From contig JAYFMW010000030.1 in NCBI GenBank assembly GCA_042408215.1, positions 320,001 through 384,000 of the forward strand: a DNA stretch of 64,000 nt. Reading direction: 5' to 3'. The notes beneath the pieces are model-generated. The model ran no database searches and was not told the DNA's origin. It saw only the letters and a list, made by a program, of their open reading frames with translations. Both the position numbers and the translations under genes were made by a program. This stretch comes from Microcoleus sp. (GTDB lineage: Bacteria; Cyanobacteriota; Cyanobacteriia; Cyanobacteriales; Microcoleaceae). Numbering within the stretch: the stretch's first letter is position 1; each line of letters opens with the position of its first letter. Shown here one piece after another: positions 19,925-31,493 of the stretch.

Positions 19925-21742
19925 ATGTTTAAGAAAGATAAATCTTCCCTGCTGTTCACGATCGGAGCAGCCACACTGCTGATCGGTTTAGGCTTCATCA
20001 CCTACTTGATCGTCATCTCCCGTGGGCCCGGCAAAGATTTGCCAGCCGGCGCAACGGTTGTTCCCCAAGATACCATGATGGCCATCTCCATCAGCACCCA
20101 GGAATCGGAGTGGAAAAGACTGCGAGAGTTTGGTACCCCGGAGTCAAAAGCCTCCTTTGAAAAATTTTTAGCAGAAGTGCGCGATCGACTCCTGACAACC
20201 AACGGCTACGGCTACCAACAAGACATCCAACCGTGGGTGGGAAACACGATCATGGTTGCCTTTCTGCGAAACAAAGTAGCAATACCAGTCCCCCCGCCCT
20301 CGCCCAACGCGCCCCCGCCTCCCCCAATCCAACAGTCAGTAGCAATTATTCTGCCAATTGCCAACCCGATTAGAGCCAAAGAATTATTAGCAAAACCCAG
20401 ACCCCTCAACCAAGGAAAAATGGTTGAGCGCAATTACAAAGGGGTGCAAGTCACTGAAACTCAAGGCATACCCGATCGCAACTTCTCAGTCGCCGTACTC
20501 GGTACCAACTATCTAGCAGTCACCACAGATCCCACCGCCACCGACAGAATAATTGACACCTACAAAGGCGAACCTTCCCTAGCAAAAACCCCCGGTTATG
20601 GAGACGCCCTAGAACAAATAAAAAGTCCAGGCGCCTTCGGTCAAATCTACGTCAACATCCCCGTTGCAGCAGCCTTTGCAGCCGTCAACTCAGCCCGCGA
20701 ATTTTCGCCGGAAAACCTCGAAAAATTGCAACAAAATCAGGGATTTGCCACCACAGTTACGCTGGATACCGATGGAATTGGATTCAAATCAATCTCTTGG
20801 CTGAAACCCGACAGCAAGAAAAAAATAGCAGTAGAAAACAACGCTGAAAAAATGGCTAACCGTCTGCCAAATAACACAATAATGATGGTATCCGGTGGCA
20901 ACTTGCAGCGTTTGTGGCAAGATTACGTATTAGGCTCTGGTGCTAACCCGATCGCCCCGATCGATCCCCAAGTTTTGCGAACAGCCCTAAAATCCACCAC
21001 AGGTATGGATTTAGACAAAGACTTAATCAACTGGATGGCTGGGGAATTTTCTTTATCTTTAATACCAGCCCCCGCGTCGAATCCCAAAGACAAATTTGCT
21101 GCTGGATTTGTGTTTATGGTAGAAACAAACAACCGTCGCGCTGCCGACAAATCCCTCAAACAGCTTGATGACATCATGAGAACTAAAGGGTTTAGAGTCG
21201 AGGAAATTCAAGCCGGCGGCCAACCCGCGATTAAATGGACATCGCGCTTTGGAGGAATAACAGTTACTCGTGGCTGGATGAAAGATGTAGCGTTTTTAAC
21301 AGTAGGAGCACCTGTATTAGATGCGATCGTTCCAGCACCGAAAAGTCCGCTTTTAAGCAGCGAATTGTTCCAAAAAACAGTGCGATCGCAACTTAAGCCC
21401 CACAACGGCAATTTCTTCATCGACACAGAGACTGCATTCAACCCGAAAAACTTAGCTTTGCCGGAATTTCCCCCCAGTCAAAAAATCTGGATAGACGCCA
21501 TGCGATCCATCGGCGTTACAGCTTCAGTAATTGGCGATCGTACCACCCGCTACGACGCTTTTGTCAACCTCAAAAAATCAGAACAATCCACTCCTTCATC
21601 GACTCCTTCTCCAACTCCCTTGTCTCCTAGTTCATCTTCCCCAACTCCCTCTTCTGCGACTCCTTCTTCCCCATCCCCATCCCCATCCTTATCCCCATCC
21701 CCATCCCCATCCCCATCCCCATCCCCATCCCCATCCCCCTGA
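19925..21742 (+). CDS. DUF3352-like membrane-anchored protein with (SP)n tail
   Basis: N-terminal TM, YQQDIQPWVG, DLINWMAGEF; tail encoded by (CCCCAT)n. Confidence 0.8.
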   Translation: MFKKDKSSLLFTIGAATLLIGLGFITYLIVISRGPGKDLPAGATVVPQDTMMAISISTQESEWKRLREFGTPESKASFEKFLAEVRDRLLTTNGYGYQQDIQPWVGNTIMVAFLRNKVAIPVPPPSPNAPPPPPIQQSVAIILPIANPIRAKELLAKPRPLNQGKMVERNYKGVQVTETQGIPDRNFSVAVLGTNYLAVTTDPTATDRIIDTYKGEPSLAKTPGYGDALEQIKSPGAFGQIYVNIPVAAAFAAVNSAREFSPENLEKLQQNQGFATTVTLDTDGIGFKSISWLKPDSKKKIAVENNAEKMANRLPNNTIMMVSGGNLQRLWQDYVLGSGANPIAPIDPQVLRTALKSTTGMDLDKDLINWMAGEFSLSLIPAPASNPKDKFAAGFVFMVETNNRRAADKSLKQLDDIMRTKGFRVEEIQAGGQPAIKWTSRFGGITVTRGWMKDVAFLTVGAPVLDAIVPAPKSPLLSSELFQKTVRSQLKPHNGNFFIDTETAFNPKNLALPEFPPSQKIWIDAMRSIGVTASVIGDRTTRYDAFVNLKKSEQSTPSSTPSPTPLSPSSSSPTPSSATPSSPSPSPSLSPSPSPSPSPSPSPSP

Positions 21743-22008
21743 AAAACCCTCATATATAGCAACCGCCAAGACGGTTAGGACGTTCTGAATCGCTGAAACC
21801 ATTGCCCGGAATTGCCCGATCGCATCGACTTCTTGCTTCTTGCTTCTTGCTTCTTGCTTCTTCCTTCGGCTATAGCATTTTAAAAGTCGGCAATTCCAGA
21901 AGCCGGCTTTTTTGTTTGTACAAAAGGAAAGGGCCGAAGCCAATTTTTTGTTGTTTATAAAAGAAACCAAATAATTTTTAACTTTCTGTTTCCTTTCGCC
22001 CTTTTAAA

Positions 22009-22218
22009 TATAGCGGTTTTCAACCGCATGATATCGTTTCCGGTTGCATCGGAATGATTTAACCGCAGAGGGCGCAGAGGGCGCAGAGGGAGAGAAGAGA
22101 GAGATGAATAATTCCGATGCTACCGGATTTGATATGAGGTACAAGCCGATCGATGCCCTAGGCCCAAGGCCCTATGCCCTATGCCCAAGCGTACCTCATT
22201 GAACAGAGAAGGGCTATA
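22009..22218. mobile_element. TATAGC..GCTATA MITE carrying a nested TATC..GATA MITE
   Basis: Imperfect inverted ends TATAGCGGTTTTC...TGAGGTAC / GTACCTCA...GAAGGGCTATA. Confidence 0.65.
22032..22134. mobile_element. TATC..GATA MITE (103 bp), TSD TGA
   Basis: TGA-[TATCGTTTCCGGTTGCATCGGAAT...ATTCCGATGCTACCGGATTTGATA]-TGA. Confidence 0.85.
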
Positions 22219-22351
22219 TGTCATGGGGTAGATACAGCCTCTAGGCAGTGCGAGTTATACTGAGATTCTTAGAGAAAATATCCGATCAGGAAAGTGCAAA
22301 TGCTGACACCAATTTTACTCAAAAATTATCTAAGTGAGTTTTTAATAGACA

Positions 22352-25300
22352 ATGAAAACCACAAGAAACCTTCAAAAGACTCCGAAATTGCTATCAAAAA
22401 AAAGCATAACTCAGATGGCAATTCTTCTGCAAATTGTCCCGATTAATATTTATTTTTTATCGGCAAAAGCACAAGCCCAAACCATTGTTCCATCTCCCAA
22501 CGGAACGGGCACTACCGTTACACCGGCAACCCAAACCGGAACCCCTGCGCCGACAACTCGCTTTGACATCGAAGGCGGAAAATTATCGAGCGATCGGCAA
22601 AATCTCTTCCACAGCTTTGAACAATTCGGATTATCACAAAATCAGATTGCCAACTTTATATCAAACCCCAACATTCGCAACATCTTAGGTCGCATAGGCG
22701 GCGGCAGCCCCTCTATTATTAATGGCTTAATTCAAGTGACCGGCGGCAATTCTAATCTGTTTCTGATGAACCCCTCCGGGATTATATTTGGCAACAATGC
22801 CAGCTTAAACCTGCCCGCTGCTTTCACCGCAACCACCGCCACAGCCATAGGATTTGGTTCTAACTCATTTAACGCCACAGGTATTAACGACTACACCTCC
22901 CTCACAGGCGCGCCCAACTCCTTCACCTTCGGTGCCGGTCAACCAGGAGGAATTATCAACACGGCTGACTTAGCAGTCAAGTCTGGTCAAAACTTAACAT
23001 TGCTGGGCGGTACTGTTGTCAGCAGTGGCACTCTCAGCGCCCCAAACGGTCAAATTACTGTAGCCTCCCTGGCCGGGCAAAATGTAGTGCGCCTCAGCCA
23101 GCAAGGCAATTTGCTGAGTTTGGAAATCGAGCCGCCATCAGCAACAGCGCAAACAGCTTCGACATTGCCGATCGCATCCTTACCAGAACTACTCACAGGT
23201 ATCGGCGCAACTAACGCTACAGGTGTCAGCGTCAATGCTAGCGGTCAAGTTGTACTCACAGCGTCCAACCAAGTAGTAGCAGCCGGCGACGTGGCAGTAC
23301 AAGGTGCAAATGCTCGCGCGATCGCCATTCAAGCAGCCAACAACCTGACAACTGGCAACCTGACGAGTTCCCAAGCAGGCCCGATCGACCTGAAAGCCAA
23401 GGGCGACATTCGCAGCGGCAATCTCGACTCCCACTCCACCGACAACAGCGGCGGCAAAATCACCGTCACCAGCCGTACAGGAAAAGTACAGACAAGCAAC
23501 ATCAATTCTTCCTCCAGCGACAAAAACAGCAACGCCGCGGACATTGAAATTAAAGCAGAATTAAGCATTCAAACAGGGAACATAGACGCCCATTCAGAAG
23601 ATAAACAAGGCGGCTCAGTCACCCTCACCGCCCGCAACGACACCGAAGTCACCTACATCAACACCGAAGGCGCAACAGGCGGAGGAAATATTGACATTAC
23701 CGTCGGCCGTTATTTCCTCGCCACAGGCACTTTCACATCAGAACCCAACTGCTCGCAAGGTTGCAGCCTTTCCGCCTCCACAAGCACCAGTGCGAACGCT
23801 GGCGATATCACCATTCGCCACGGTAACGCAGCCTCGAACACTCTTTTCAGCGTCGGCCCCGACTATAACCAAGTCAACGGTACCGCCGGCATCATCGCCA
23901 CGGGAGGGCGTTCTCTACCAAATACGATTAAAAACGGAAGTTACAGTAATACTAAGCCTCAAGAACAGAAAATAGGGCCGACCACAATTAAGCTTAGCGA
24001 TTCTCCTATTTCGCCGACGCCCGCACCAACTCCTACACCAACGCCCGCACCTACACCGACGCCCGCGCCAACTCCCGCACCAACTCCCGCACCGACGCCC
24101 GCACCGACACCGACACCGACGCCCGCACCGACGCCCGCACCGACACCGACACCGACACCCGCACCGACACCGACACCCGCGCCAACTCCCGCACCGACGC
24201 CCGCACCCGCACCGAAACCCGCACCTGCACCAGCACCAGCGCCAACTCCCGCACCCGCACCCGCACCCGCACCAACTCCCGCACCCGCACCAACTCCCGC
24301 ACCAGCACCCGCACCAACTCCCGCACCAGCACCCGCACCAGCACCCGCACCAGCGCCAACTCCCGCACCAGCACCCCCAGAAACTCCCGCACCAGCGCCA
24401 ACTCCCGCACCAGCACCCCCAGAAACTCCCGCACCAGCGCCAACTCCCGCACCAGCACCCCCAGAAACTCCCGCACCCGCAAAAACGCTAACGCCAACTC
24501 CCGCGCCCGCACCCGTAACAGTTGTGCCGATCGCCCCGATAATTCAAACCCCGACACCCGTAACAGTTGTGCCGATCGCCCCGATAATTCAAACCCCCAC
24601 ACCCGTAACAGTTGTGCCGATCGCCCCGACAATTCCCACACCAGCACCCGTAACAGTCCTGCCGATCGCCCCGACAATTCCCACACCAGCACCCGTAACA
24701 GTCCTGCCGATCGCCCCGATAATTCAAACCCCCACACCAGCACCCGTAACAGTTGTGCCGATCGCCCCGATCGCACCCACACCAGCACCCGTAACAGTTG
24801 TGCCGATCGCCCCCACCATTCCACCTGTAACAGCAGCACCAGTGTCGCCTCCCCCAGTTTCAGTCAATCCCATACCTGTTGCGCCCCCCGTCGCGCCAAT
24901 TAATCTCGCACCGGTAGCGACACCAGATCTTGCTCCTGCACTCCCAGTGAGTCCGCTACCGAACACAAATCCTCTATTTTCCCCGAACTCACAACCGCTT
25001 CGTGAGATATCTAATTCCTTGCAACAGGGCAATTTACCCTCATTGACCCAGAATATCAACATGAACAAATTGCCAAGCGACGTCGGCTCGGTTGTTTTTC
25101 CCGTAGAGGAGAGATTTACCAGGGATTTTGTCGATTATCTGAAGTTACCATCACCAAATGCGATCGCCACCCTAGCAGATGCCCAAAATACACTGAGCCG
25201 CGTCCAAACAGCCACAGGCATTAAACCAGCTCTGATCTATATCAGCTTTCTACCCAAAGGTTCAACCGTCCCTCGCGACTACACCAGTTCGTCCATCTTG

Positions 25301-26362
25301 CGCGTGGAACAGCAAATTCAAGCCAGCGAGGAACTCGAACTGATAGTGGTAACAGCTTCAGGCGATCCCGTTCTCGTGCGGGTCCCCCAAACCTCCCGCA
25401 CCGAAGTCATGGCCCTAGTTCAGAGATTTCGCAATGAACTGACTAATCCGATCAAGCGCAATACTACAAGTTATTTGCCTTTGGCTCAGCAGCTTTATCG
25501 GATGATCCTAGCGCCGATCGAATCTGATCTCCAAGCGCGAGGCATTAACAACTTATCTTTGATCTCAGATGCGGGGCTGCGATCGATACCAATCGCCGCC
25601 CTCCACGACGGCAAAGGCTTTCTGATTGAGCGTTACAGTGTCGGCTCCATGCCCAGTCTGACTTTGACCGATACCAGCACCGCCAATTTCAAAAATACCC
25701 AACTTCTGGCAATGGGGGCGTCGCAATTTCCAGATATGAGTCCTTTACCTGCGGTGGAACTAGAAGTATCCTCGATCACTCCGCAGCAGTGGCCCGGTAA
25801 GTCTTTCTTGAACCAAGCTTTCACTCTGGCAAATTTGCAATCCCAGCGCCAGCAGCAGCCCTTTGGCATAATTCACCTTGCTACCCACGCCGAATTTAGG
25901 TCGGGAGACCCCAGCAATTCTTTCATTCAATTGTGGGATACTAAATTACGCTTAGATCAGTTGCGCCAAATGAGATGGCACAGCCCGCAAGTTGAACTTT
26001 TGGTTTTGAGTGCTTGCAAGACTGCTGTGGGCGATCGGGATGCAGAGTTGGGCTTTGGCGGTTTAGCCGTGCAAGCAGGTGTTAAATCGGCTTTGGCGAC
26101 TCTCTGGTATGTTAGCGACGAGGGGAGTTTGGGATTGATGTCCGAGTTTTACGGCCAGTTAAGAAATGCTCCTATTAAGTCAGAAGCCCTGCGGCAAGCG
26201 CAATTAGCGATGTTGCGCCAAACCGTCCGCATTGAAGGCGGGATGCTGCACACTTCTTCTGGAAACCAGCCACTGCCACCGTCCTTGGCCAACACACCCA
26301 GTCCGAATTTCTCCCATCCCTATTATTGGGCTGGTTTTAGAATGATTGGCAATCCTTGGTAG
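22352..26362 (+). CDS. Filamentous-haemagglutinin N-terminal (TPS) domain + Pro-rich linker + CHAT domain protein
   Basis: [22 protein letters not shown]; (PA/PT)n and [12 protein letters not shown] repeats; [29 protein letters not shown]. Confidence 0.9.
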   Translation: MKTTRNLQKTPKLLSKKSITQMAILLQIVPINIYFLSAKAQAQTIVPSPNGTGTTVTPATQTGTPAPTTRFDIEGGKLSSDRQNLFHSFEQFGLSQNQIANFISNPNIRNILGRIGGGSPSIINGLIQVTGGNSNLFLMNPSGIIFGNNASLNLPAAFTATTATAIGFGSNSFNATGINDYTSLTGAPNSFTFGAGQPGGIINTADLAVKSGQNLTLLGGTVVSSGTLSAPNGQITVASLAGQNVVRLSQQGNLLSLEIEPPSATAQTASTLPIASLPELLTGIGATNATGVSVNASGQVVLTASNQVVAAGDVAVQGANARAIAIQAANNLTTGNLTSSQAGPIDLKAKGDIRSGNLDSHSTDNSGGKITVTSRTGKVQTSNINSSSSDKNSNAADIEIKAELSIQTGNIDAHSEDKQGGSVTLTARNDTEVTYINTEGATGGGNIDITVGRYFLATGTFTSEPNCSQGCSLSASTSTSANAGDITIRHGNAASNTLFSVGPDYNQVNGTAGIIATGGRSLPNTIKNGSYSNTKPQEQKIGPTTIKLSDSPISPTPAPTPTPTPAPTPTPAPTPAPTPAPTPAPTPTPTPAPTPAPTPTPTPAPTPTPAPTPAPTPAPAPKPAPAPAPAPTPAPAPAPAPTPAPAPTPAPAPAPTPAPAPAPAPAPAPTPAPAPPETPAPAPTPAPAPPETPAPAPTPAPAPPETPAPAKTLTPTPAPAPVTVVPIAPIIQTPTPVTVVPIAPIIQTPTPVTVVPIAPTIPTPAPVTVLPIAPTIPTPAPVTVLPIAPIIQTPTPAPVTVVPIAPIAPTPAPVTVVPIAPTIPPVTAAPVSPPPVSVNPIPVAPPVAPINLAPVATPDLAPALPVSPLPNTNPLFSPNSQPLREISNSLQQGNLPSLTQNINMNKLPSDVGSVVFPVEERFTRDFVDYLKLPSPNAIATLADAQNTLSRVQTATGIKPALIYISFLPKGSTVPRDYTSSSILRVEQQIQASEELELIVVTASGDPVLVRVPQTSRTEVMALVQRFRNELTNPIKRNTTSYLPLAQQLYRMILAPIESDLQARGINNLSLISDAGLRSIPIAALHDGKGFLIERYSVGSMPSLTLTDTSTANFKNTQLLAMGASQFPDMSPLPAVELEVSSITPQQWPGKSFLNQAFTLANLQSQRQQQPFGIIHLATHAEFRSGDPSNSFIQLWDTKLRLDQLRQMRWHSPQVELLVLSACKTAVGDRDAELGFGGLAVQAGVKSALATLWYVSDEGSLGLMSEFYGQLRNAPIKSEALRQAQLAMLRQTVRIEGGMLHTSSGNQPLPPSLANTPSPNFSHPYYWAGFRMIGNPW

Positions 26363-26394
26363 TCAAGATTAGTCGATCGCGGGGAATTGGATTT

Positions 26395-26730
26395 CCCTTC
26401 TTCCTTCCTCCTTCTTCCTTCTTCCTTCTGACTGACATCCGTTACATCCGTTACATCCGTTACATCCGTTGCCGAACTTCCTTCTTCCTTCTGACTGACA
26501 TCCGTTACATCCGTTACATCCGTTGCAGAATCCGTTGCCGAACTTCCTTCTTCCTTCTGACTGATATCGTTTCCGGTTGCATCGGAATGATTTAACCGCT
26601 CCAGCGCCAGAGGGCGCAGAGGGAGAGAAGAGAGAGATGAATCATTCCGATGCTACCGGATTAGATATGACATCCGTTACATCCGTTACATCCGTTACAG
26701 AATCCGTTGCCGAACTTCCTCCTTCCTCCT
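26395..26730. repeat. Cluster of CATCCGTTA / CCGTTGCCGAACTTCCTTC repeat units
   Basis: Three related units seen directly, the last interrupted by a MITE. Confidence 0.85.
26565..26667. mobile_element. TATC..GATA MITE (103 bp), TSD TGA
   Basis: Removal restores CTGACTGACATCCGTTAC, as in the neighbouring repeat units. Confidence 0.9.
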
Positions 26731-26817
26731 TCGGCTATAATTCAAAACCCAAAACTCCCGAATCCCAGTACGATCGATCTAGCATCAATAAGTAAAAACT
26801 TTACGGGAGGATTTTTT

Positions 26818-27888
26818 ATGGATCTGGTTGTACTCCAGAACTGGCTCGACAATATCTCTTTTGCCATCCTGTTCTCGACAATGCTGATTTACTGGGCTGG
26901 TGCAGCTTTTCCTGGCATTCCCTATTTGTCGGCCTTGGGAACCGCAGGAATGGCGATCGCCAATCTGTCGATCGCCGCTTTACTCGGTTCCCGCTGGATC
27001 GAAGCCGGCTACTTCCCTCTCAGCAATCTTTACGAATCCCTATTTTTCCTGACTTGGGGAATTACCGCCATCCACCTAGTCGCTGAAAACATGAGCCGAT
27101 CGCGCTTAGTGGGAGTAGCGACATCCCCCGTAGCAATGGCAATTTCCGCCTTTGCCGCCCTGACACTGCCCGCAACCATGCAGTTATCAGAACCCCTAGT
27201 ACCCGCCCTCAAGTCCAACTGGCTGATGATGCACGTCAGCGTCATGATGCTCAGTTACGCAACTTTAATGGTAGGAGCATTACTGGCGATCGCATTCCTG
27301 ATCGTCACCCGCGGCCAAAACATCGAACTCACCGGCAGTTCCTTCGGTACCAGCAGCACCCGCAACGGCAACTACCGCCTCCAACGCCCTCAAAACCCCG
27401 AACCTCAAAGCTTAGAAACCGTCGCCGACAGCGGATTAGCTTTTATTGAACCATCTTTCAACTCCAGCAATAACGGTTTCAGTAACACCGCAGTGCTCGA
27501 ATTGGCAACAGTTCAAACCTCCTCAACCGCTCAATCTCAAACCGCAGAACTTCTCTCGCCCCAGCGCTTGAATCTAGCATCCACTCTTGATAACATTAGC
27601 TATCGGATCATCGGTTTAGGATTCCCTTTACTGACGATCGGCATTATTGCCGGCGGTGTTTGGGCTAACGAAGCTTGGGGCTCTTACTGGAGTTGGGACC
27701 CGAAAGAAACTTGGGCATTGATTACTTGGTTGATTTTTGCTGCTTACCTCCACGCCCGCATTACTCGCGGCTGGCAGGGAAGACGCCCAGCAATTTTAGC
27801 CGCCACAGGTTTTTTGGTAGTTTGGATTTGCTATCTAGGAGTTAATCTATTAGGCAAGGGTTTACATTCCTACGGCTGGTTTTTCTAA
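26818..27888 (+). CDS. ccsB: Cytochrome c biogenesis protein (system II, CcsA/CcsB)
   Basis: [27 protein letters not shown] motif [24 protein letters not shown]. Confidence 0.93.
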   Translation: MDLVVLQNWLDNISFAILFSTMLIYWAGAAFPGIPYLSALGTAGMAIANLSIAALLGSRWIEAGYFPLSNLYESLFFLTWGITAIHLVAENMSRSRLVGVATSPVAMAISAFAALTLPATMQLSEPLVPALKSNWLMMHVSVMMLSYATLMVGALLAIAFLIVTRGQNIELTGSSFGTSSTRNGNYRLQRPQNPEPQSLETVADSGLAFIEPSFNSSNNGFSNTAVLELATVQTSSTAQSQTAELLSPQRLNLASTLDNISYRIIGLGFPLLTIGIIAGGVWANEAWGSYWSWDPKETWALITWLIFAAYLHARITRGWQGRRPAILAATGFLVVWICYLGVNLLGKGLHSYGWFF

Positions 27889-28025
27889 TAAAAACACTTG
27901 ACAGTTATTGGTTATGAGTTATTAGTTATTAGTTACCAATAACTGCTAATACATAACCAATAACCAATAACAACAGCAAACAGTCAACTGTCAACTGTCA
28001 ACTATTTCCTGAAAGGACAATTGAG

Positions 28026-28475
28026 ATGGACGATTCGCAAAATTTTCTCAAAGAAGACGATGTTTTGTCTACTTCTGTCAGCGCTTTAATGTATCAATGC
28101 ACCTTTAAAGTCAGCGAATTTTTGACGATTATGCAGTCAAAATTGCCAGAAGAAAAGTTGTTTACCGACGGTATGGATTGCGAACTTTTAAGTGCAGGAA
28201 AAGCTTGGAGAAAAGGAAAAATTAGGCTGCGTTTGGAGTTCTGCCAGAGCGAGCCTGATGTGCCGGCACAAAAAGCCCTGATGGTTCGACTTCGCTCACC
28301 AACCACCGCAGCCTCCGACGCACAAGATATCGCGCCAAACTATCCAGCAGATAGCTCAGACGAAACTGATACAGATGACGAATTAAATATCAGCGACTCA
28401 ACAGCAATAACTAATGATTTTCCTAGTTCTAGGTATCCAGACAATCACCCTCACAGTGTAGGAATGTGGAGTTAA
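28026..28475 (+). CDS. KGK domain protein
   Basis: GMDCELLSAGKAWRKGKIRLRLEFC. Confidence 0.8.
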   Translation: MDDSQNFLKEDDVLSTSVSALMYQCTFKVSEFLTIMQSKLPEEKLFTDGMDCELLSAGKAWRKGKIRLRLEFCQSEPDVPAQKALMVRLRSPTTAASDAQDIAPNYPADSSDETDTDDELNISDSTAITNDFPSSRYPDNHPHSVGMWS

Positions 28476-28650
28476 AAGTCATTAGTCATTAGTCATTAGT
28501 CATTAGTCATTAGTCATTAGTTGGTTGTTATTTATTGGTGAGTTGTTGATTGTTAGTTTTTTCCTGATAATAATCAATAACTCATAACCAAAAAACAACC
28601 AATAACTAATAACGAATAACCCATGCCCATTGCCCAATTCCCAATGCCCT

Positions 28651-29748
28651 ATGCCCTATCTGCCCAATGGACAATGGACAAACCTCCACGCTCAACTACA
28701 TCGGACACTTCGGCACCGAAAAATATTGCCGCCAAATCAGCGATCGCTAGTAGCTGTATCCGGCGGACAAGATTCTCTGTGCTTAATCCAATTACTGCTA
28801 GATTTGCAGCCAAAATGGGGCTGGCATCTCGCAATTGCCCACTGCGATCACCGCTGGCGTTCCGATTCAGAAGCTTCGGCCAATCATGTCGCACAATTAG
28901 CTAAAAATTGGGGAATATCCTATTATTTGGAAACCGCCGATCGCGTCGCTACAACAGAAGCCGCCGCCAGACAGTGGCGATATCACAGTTTAACCAAAAT
29001 TGCGATCGCCCACAACTATCCCTACATTGTTACAGGCCACACCCAGAGCGATCGCGCCGAAACTCTTCTCTACAACCTGATTCGCGGCAGCGGTGCAGAC
29101 GGACTTTCAGCCCTCACATGGGTTCGCCCCCTTGCCGATTTTCAATTGGAAAATTTCGATGACAATCCCCAATCCAAAATCCAAAATCCAAAATCCAAAA
29201 TTTATTTAGTTCGTCCCCTACTCGAAATAACTCGATCGCAAACAGGTCAATTTTGTCAAGAGCAAAAACTACCAATTTGGGAAGATTCCACAAATCAAGA
29301 TTTACAATATGCCCGCAACCGCATTCGAGGTGAATTATTACCTTATTTAGAAACTCATTTTAACCCAAAAGTCCAACAAGCACTAGCTCAAACAGCCGAA
29401 ATCCTCCGCGCCGACGTCGAATATCTAGAACTTGCAGCTAGCGAGTTGCTACAGCGCGCAATTTTGGCAATTAACGAACCAGAACAGGTCAATTGTCAAC
29501 TGCCAGTTAAATTAAACCGCCTGATTTTGCGCGAAGCACCCCAAGCCTTACAGCGACGGGCTATGCGACAACTATTACAACAAATATTACCCACCGCACC
29601 CAGCTTTGAAAGCGTAGAAAAACTGACAGGCTTAATCCTAGCCCCCAATCGATCGCAAACCGATCCATTTCCCGGAGGAGCGATCGCTCGAGTCGAACAC
29701 CCTGCGATCATTTTGGATCTGAAATGTGAACTTCCAACTCACACCTAA
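28651..29748 (+). CDS. tilS: tRNA(Ile)-lysidine synthetase
   Basis: VAVSGGQDS, HCDHRWR, GHTQSDRAET, RPLL, EDSTN, RNRIR. Confidence 0.93.
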   Translation: MPYLPNGQWTNLHAQLHRTLRHRKILPPNQRSLVAVSGGQDSLCLIQLLLDLQPKWGWHLAIAHCDHRWRSDSEASANHVAQLAKNWGISYYLETADRVATTEAAARQWRYHSLTKIAIAHNYPYIVTGHTQSDRAETLLYNLIRGSGADGLSALTWVRPLADFQLENFDDNPQSKIQNPKSKIYLVRPLLEITRSQTGQFCQEQKLPIWEDSTNQDLQYARNRIRGELLPYLETHFNPKVQQALAQTAEILRADVEYLELAASELLQRAILAINEPEQVNCQLPVKLNRLILREAPQALQRRAMRQLLQQILPTAPSFESVEKLTGLILAPNRSQTDPFPGGAIARVEHPAIILDLKCELPTHT

Positions 29749-31493
29749 GACAGATCGATCAAACCCGATAGAACTTCCCGCAACTGAGCAACTACCTGAG
29801 CTTCCTGCTCACTACTTTGCACAGATCGATCGAGTGTCCCCGCCATCCCTTCCAGCTTTTCGCGCAGCCCCCTCAAATTATCCTGCATCGGCTGCAACAT
29901 TTCTTGATAAACATTCACCCGGCCCCAGAGTTCCGCCACAGAACCTTTCTGGTTGAACACATTCTGCTCTAACTGTTTAATTTCATAGCGCTTCGCCTCA
30001 AGTTCCCCATTTTGGCGGTTGACATTACCATCAATTTGAGCTATGACATCTCGCAACTGCTGAATTTCCTTCTCCAGCCTTTGCAAATCATTCCCCTGTT
30101 GTTGTCGCTGAGTATCGAGCTGTGCAATTATCGGCCCCAAATCCATCTCTCGATCTTGTTTTTGAGGATTCGCAGTACCCAGCCTGCGCCACAGTAACGT
30201 CTGATGCTGGCTCAAAACATCTTCCCGTTCCCGCAACCTCAGCCGCTGTCCCACCAGAGTTTCATTCAACATCTGATAACTTTCCAGCTCATCTGCCATT
30301 TCATTTTCCAAAGCCATGCGATCGTACTCGCTAGCGGCTTGAATTTTCTCTTGCAGTTCCTCAATCGTCTGCTGCTGAAGCGTCAACTCCTCCTCTTGGT
30401 CATTAACAAACCGAAACACCTTTTCTAAATCGTGTTGCAGATTTTTGACTAGCCCCTGCAACTCGTCAACTGGCATCTTCTCCAGAGCTTGCACATCTAC
30501 TACTTGTTGCACCGTACCAGCAGGACCCCGATCGGATGCCAGCCTCGAAACTTGATCTCTGAGCTTCTCCACTGCGCGCACCTGCTCCTCCATCGACTGA
30601 ACCTGCTCCTCCTTAGCGCTGAGGGTACTTTGCTGCCTGGCTCGATCTGCCCTGGCCATACTCAAAGCATCAGCCGCTTGATACCACTCCAGCCAGCGGT
30701 TCTGGATATTTTGATGTTGTCGATCGACCTCTTCTTGCTGCTGCTGAGCATTTGCCCGTTTTTGCTCCAACTGCTGCCAGTGTACATCCAGAATTGCCTG
30801 CTGAGTCCCCACAACAGCAAAAGACTGATTCAGTTGTTCTCGAACCCCTTGTGCCGAAGCAACCGCCTCACCCAGCCTGTTCATCAGCTCCTGAATCCTT
30901 TGGGCCTGCTGTGCATCGACAACCGCCCCCTGCTGCACCTGAGACTGCTGAATCGCCACCTGCTGCTGCTCGCCCCGCAACTGTTCCCAAGCCCTCTCAA
31001 TTTCCTGACGGCTGCTTGCGACCTCATCCCGCAATCGGTTAGCTTCATCTCGAGTATTTTCGATTTCCGAGCGCTGCGCCTCCAGCCGCTCCAACTCATC
31101 CTCCATTTGAGCCAACTGCTCTTCCCGGGCTTGCATTTCCATTTCCCGGCGATTGAGTTCCTGACTCGAAAACGTCAGAGAAGCCTTCCACTGTTCAATT
31201 TCTTCTTCCTTATCCTTAAACTTGTCCTGTAACCGCGAGAAATTTTGCAGAATGCTCACCAACTGGCGGGCCGCCTCCTGAATCCGCTGGACTTGCTTGC
31301 TAGCGCTCAACTCCACCAGCACCAAGGTGCCGTCGTTAAACTTATTAGCTTCCTCCACTGGAATCACATCATCGACCGGGACAGCGCTCCAATTGTGTTC
31401 ACCCCGCTGACAAGCTAGCAGTTTCAGTTCAGCCTTACCGCCACCGAGGCCAAAGCCACTTCTCTGTTTTTGTACTTCTGCTAGATACAGCAC
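29745..31493 (-). CDS. hmpF: Pilus/motility coiled-coil protein HmpF
   Basis: GTG start giving MLYLAEVQKQ...ELKLLACQR; long coiled coil; divergent from a PatA/CheW/MCP/CheA cluster. Confidence 0.88.
   Translation of the reverse strand: MLYLAEVQKQRSGFGLGGGKAELKLLACQRGEHNWSAVPVDDVIPVEEANKFNDGTLVLVELSASKQVQRIQEAARQLVSILQNFSRLQDKFKDKEEEIEQWKASLTFSSQELNRREMEMQAREEQLAQMEDELERLEAQRSEIENTRDEANRLRDEVASSRQEIERAWEQLRGEQQQVAIQQSQVQQGAVVDAQQAQRIQELMNRLGEAVASAQGVREQLNQSFAVVGTQQAILDVHWQQLEQKRANAQQQQEEVDRQHQNIQNRWLEWYQAADALSMARADRARQQSTLSAKEEQVQSMEEQVRAVEKLRDQVSRLASDRGPAGTVQQVVDVQALEKMPVDELQGLVKNLQHDLEKVFRFVNDQEEELTLQQQTIEELQEKIQAASEYDRMALENEMADELESYQMLNETLVGQRLRLREREDVLSQHQTLLWRRLGTANPQKQDREMDLGPIIAQLDTQRQQQGNDLQRLEKEIQQLRDVIAQIDGNVNRQNGELEAKRYEIKQLEQNVFNQKGSVAELWGRVNVYQEMLQPMQDNLRGLREKLEGMAGTLDRSVQSSEQEAQVVAQLREVLSGLIDLS

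Noticed and set aside
24051..25068. Long antisense ORFs over the CHAT protein linker
   Set aside because: Shadow frames of Pro/Ala/Thr repeats.
26707..26817. N-terminal extensions of ccsB (and of 5182, 28630, 31625, 48688 ORFs)
   Set aside because: The extensions run through repeats or leaders; downstream starts fit family N-termini or RBS positions better.
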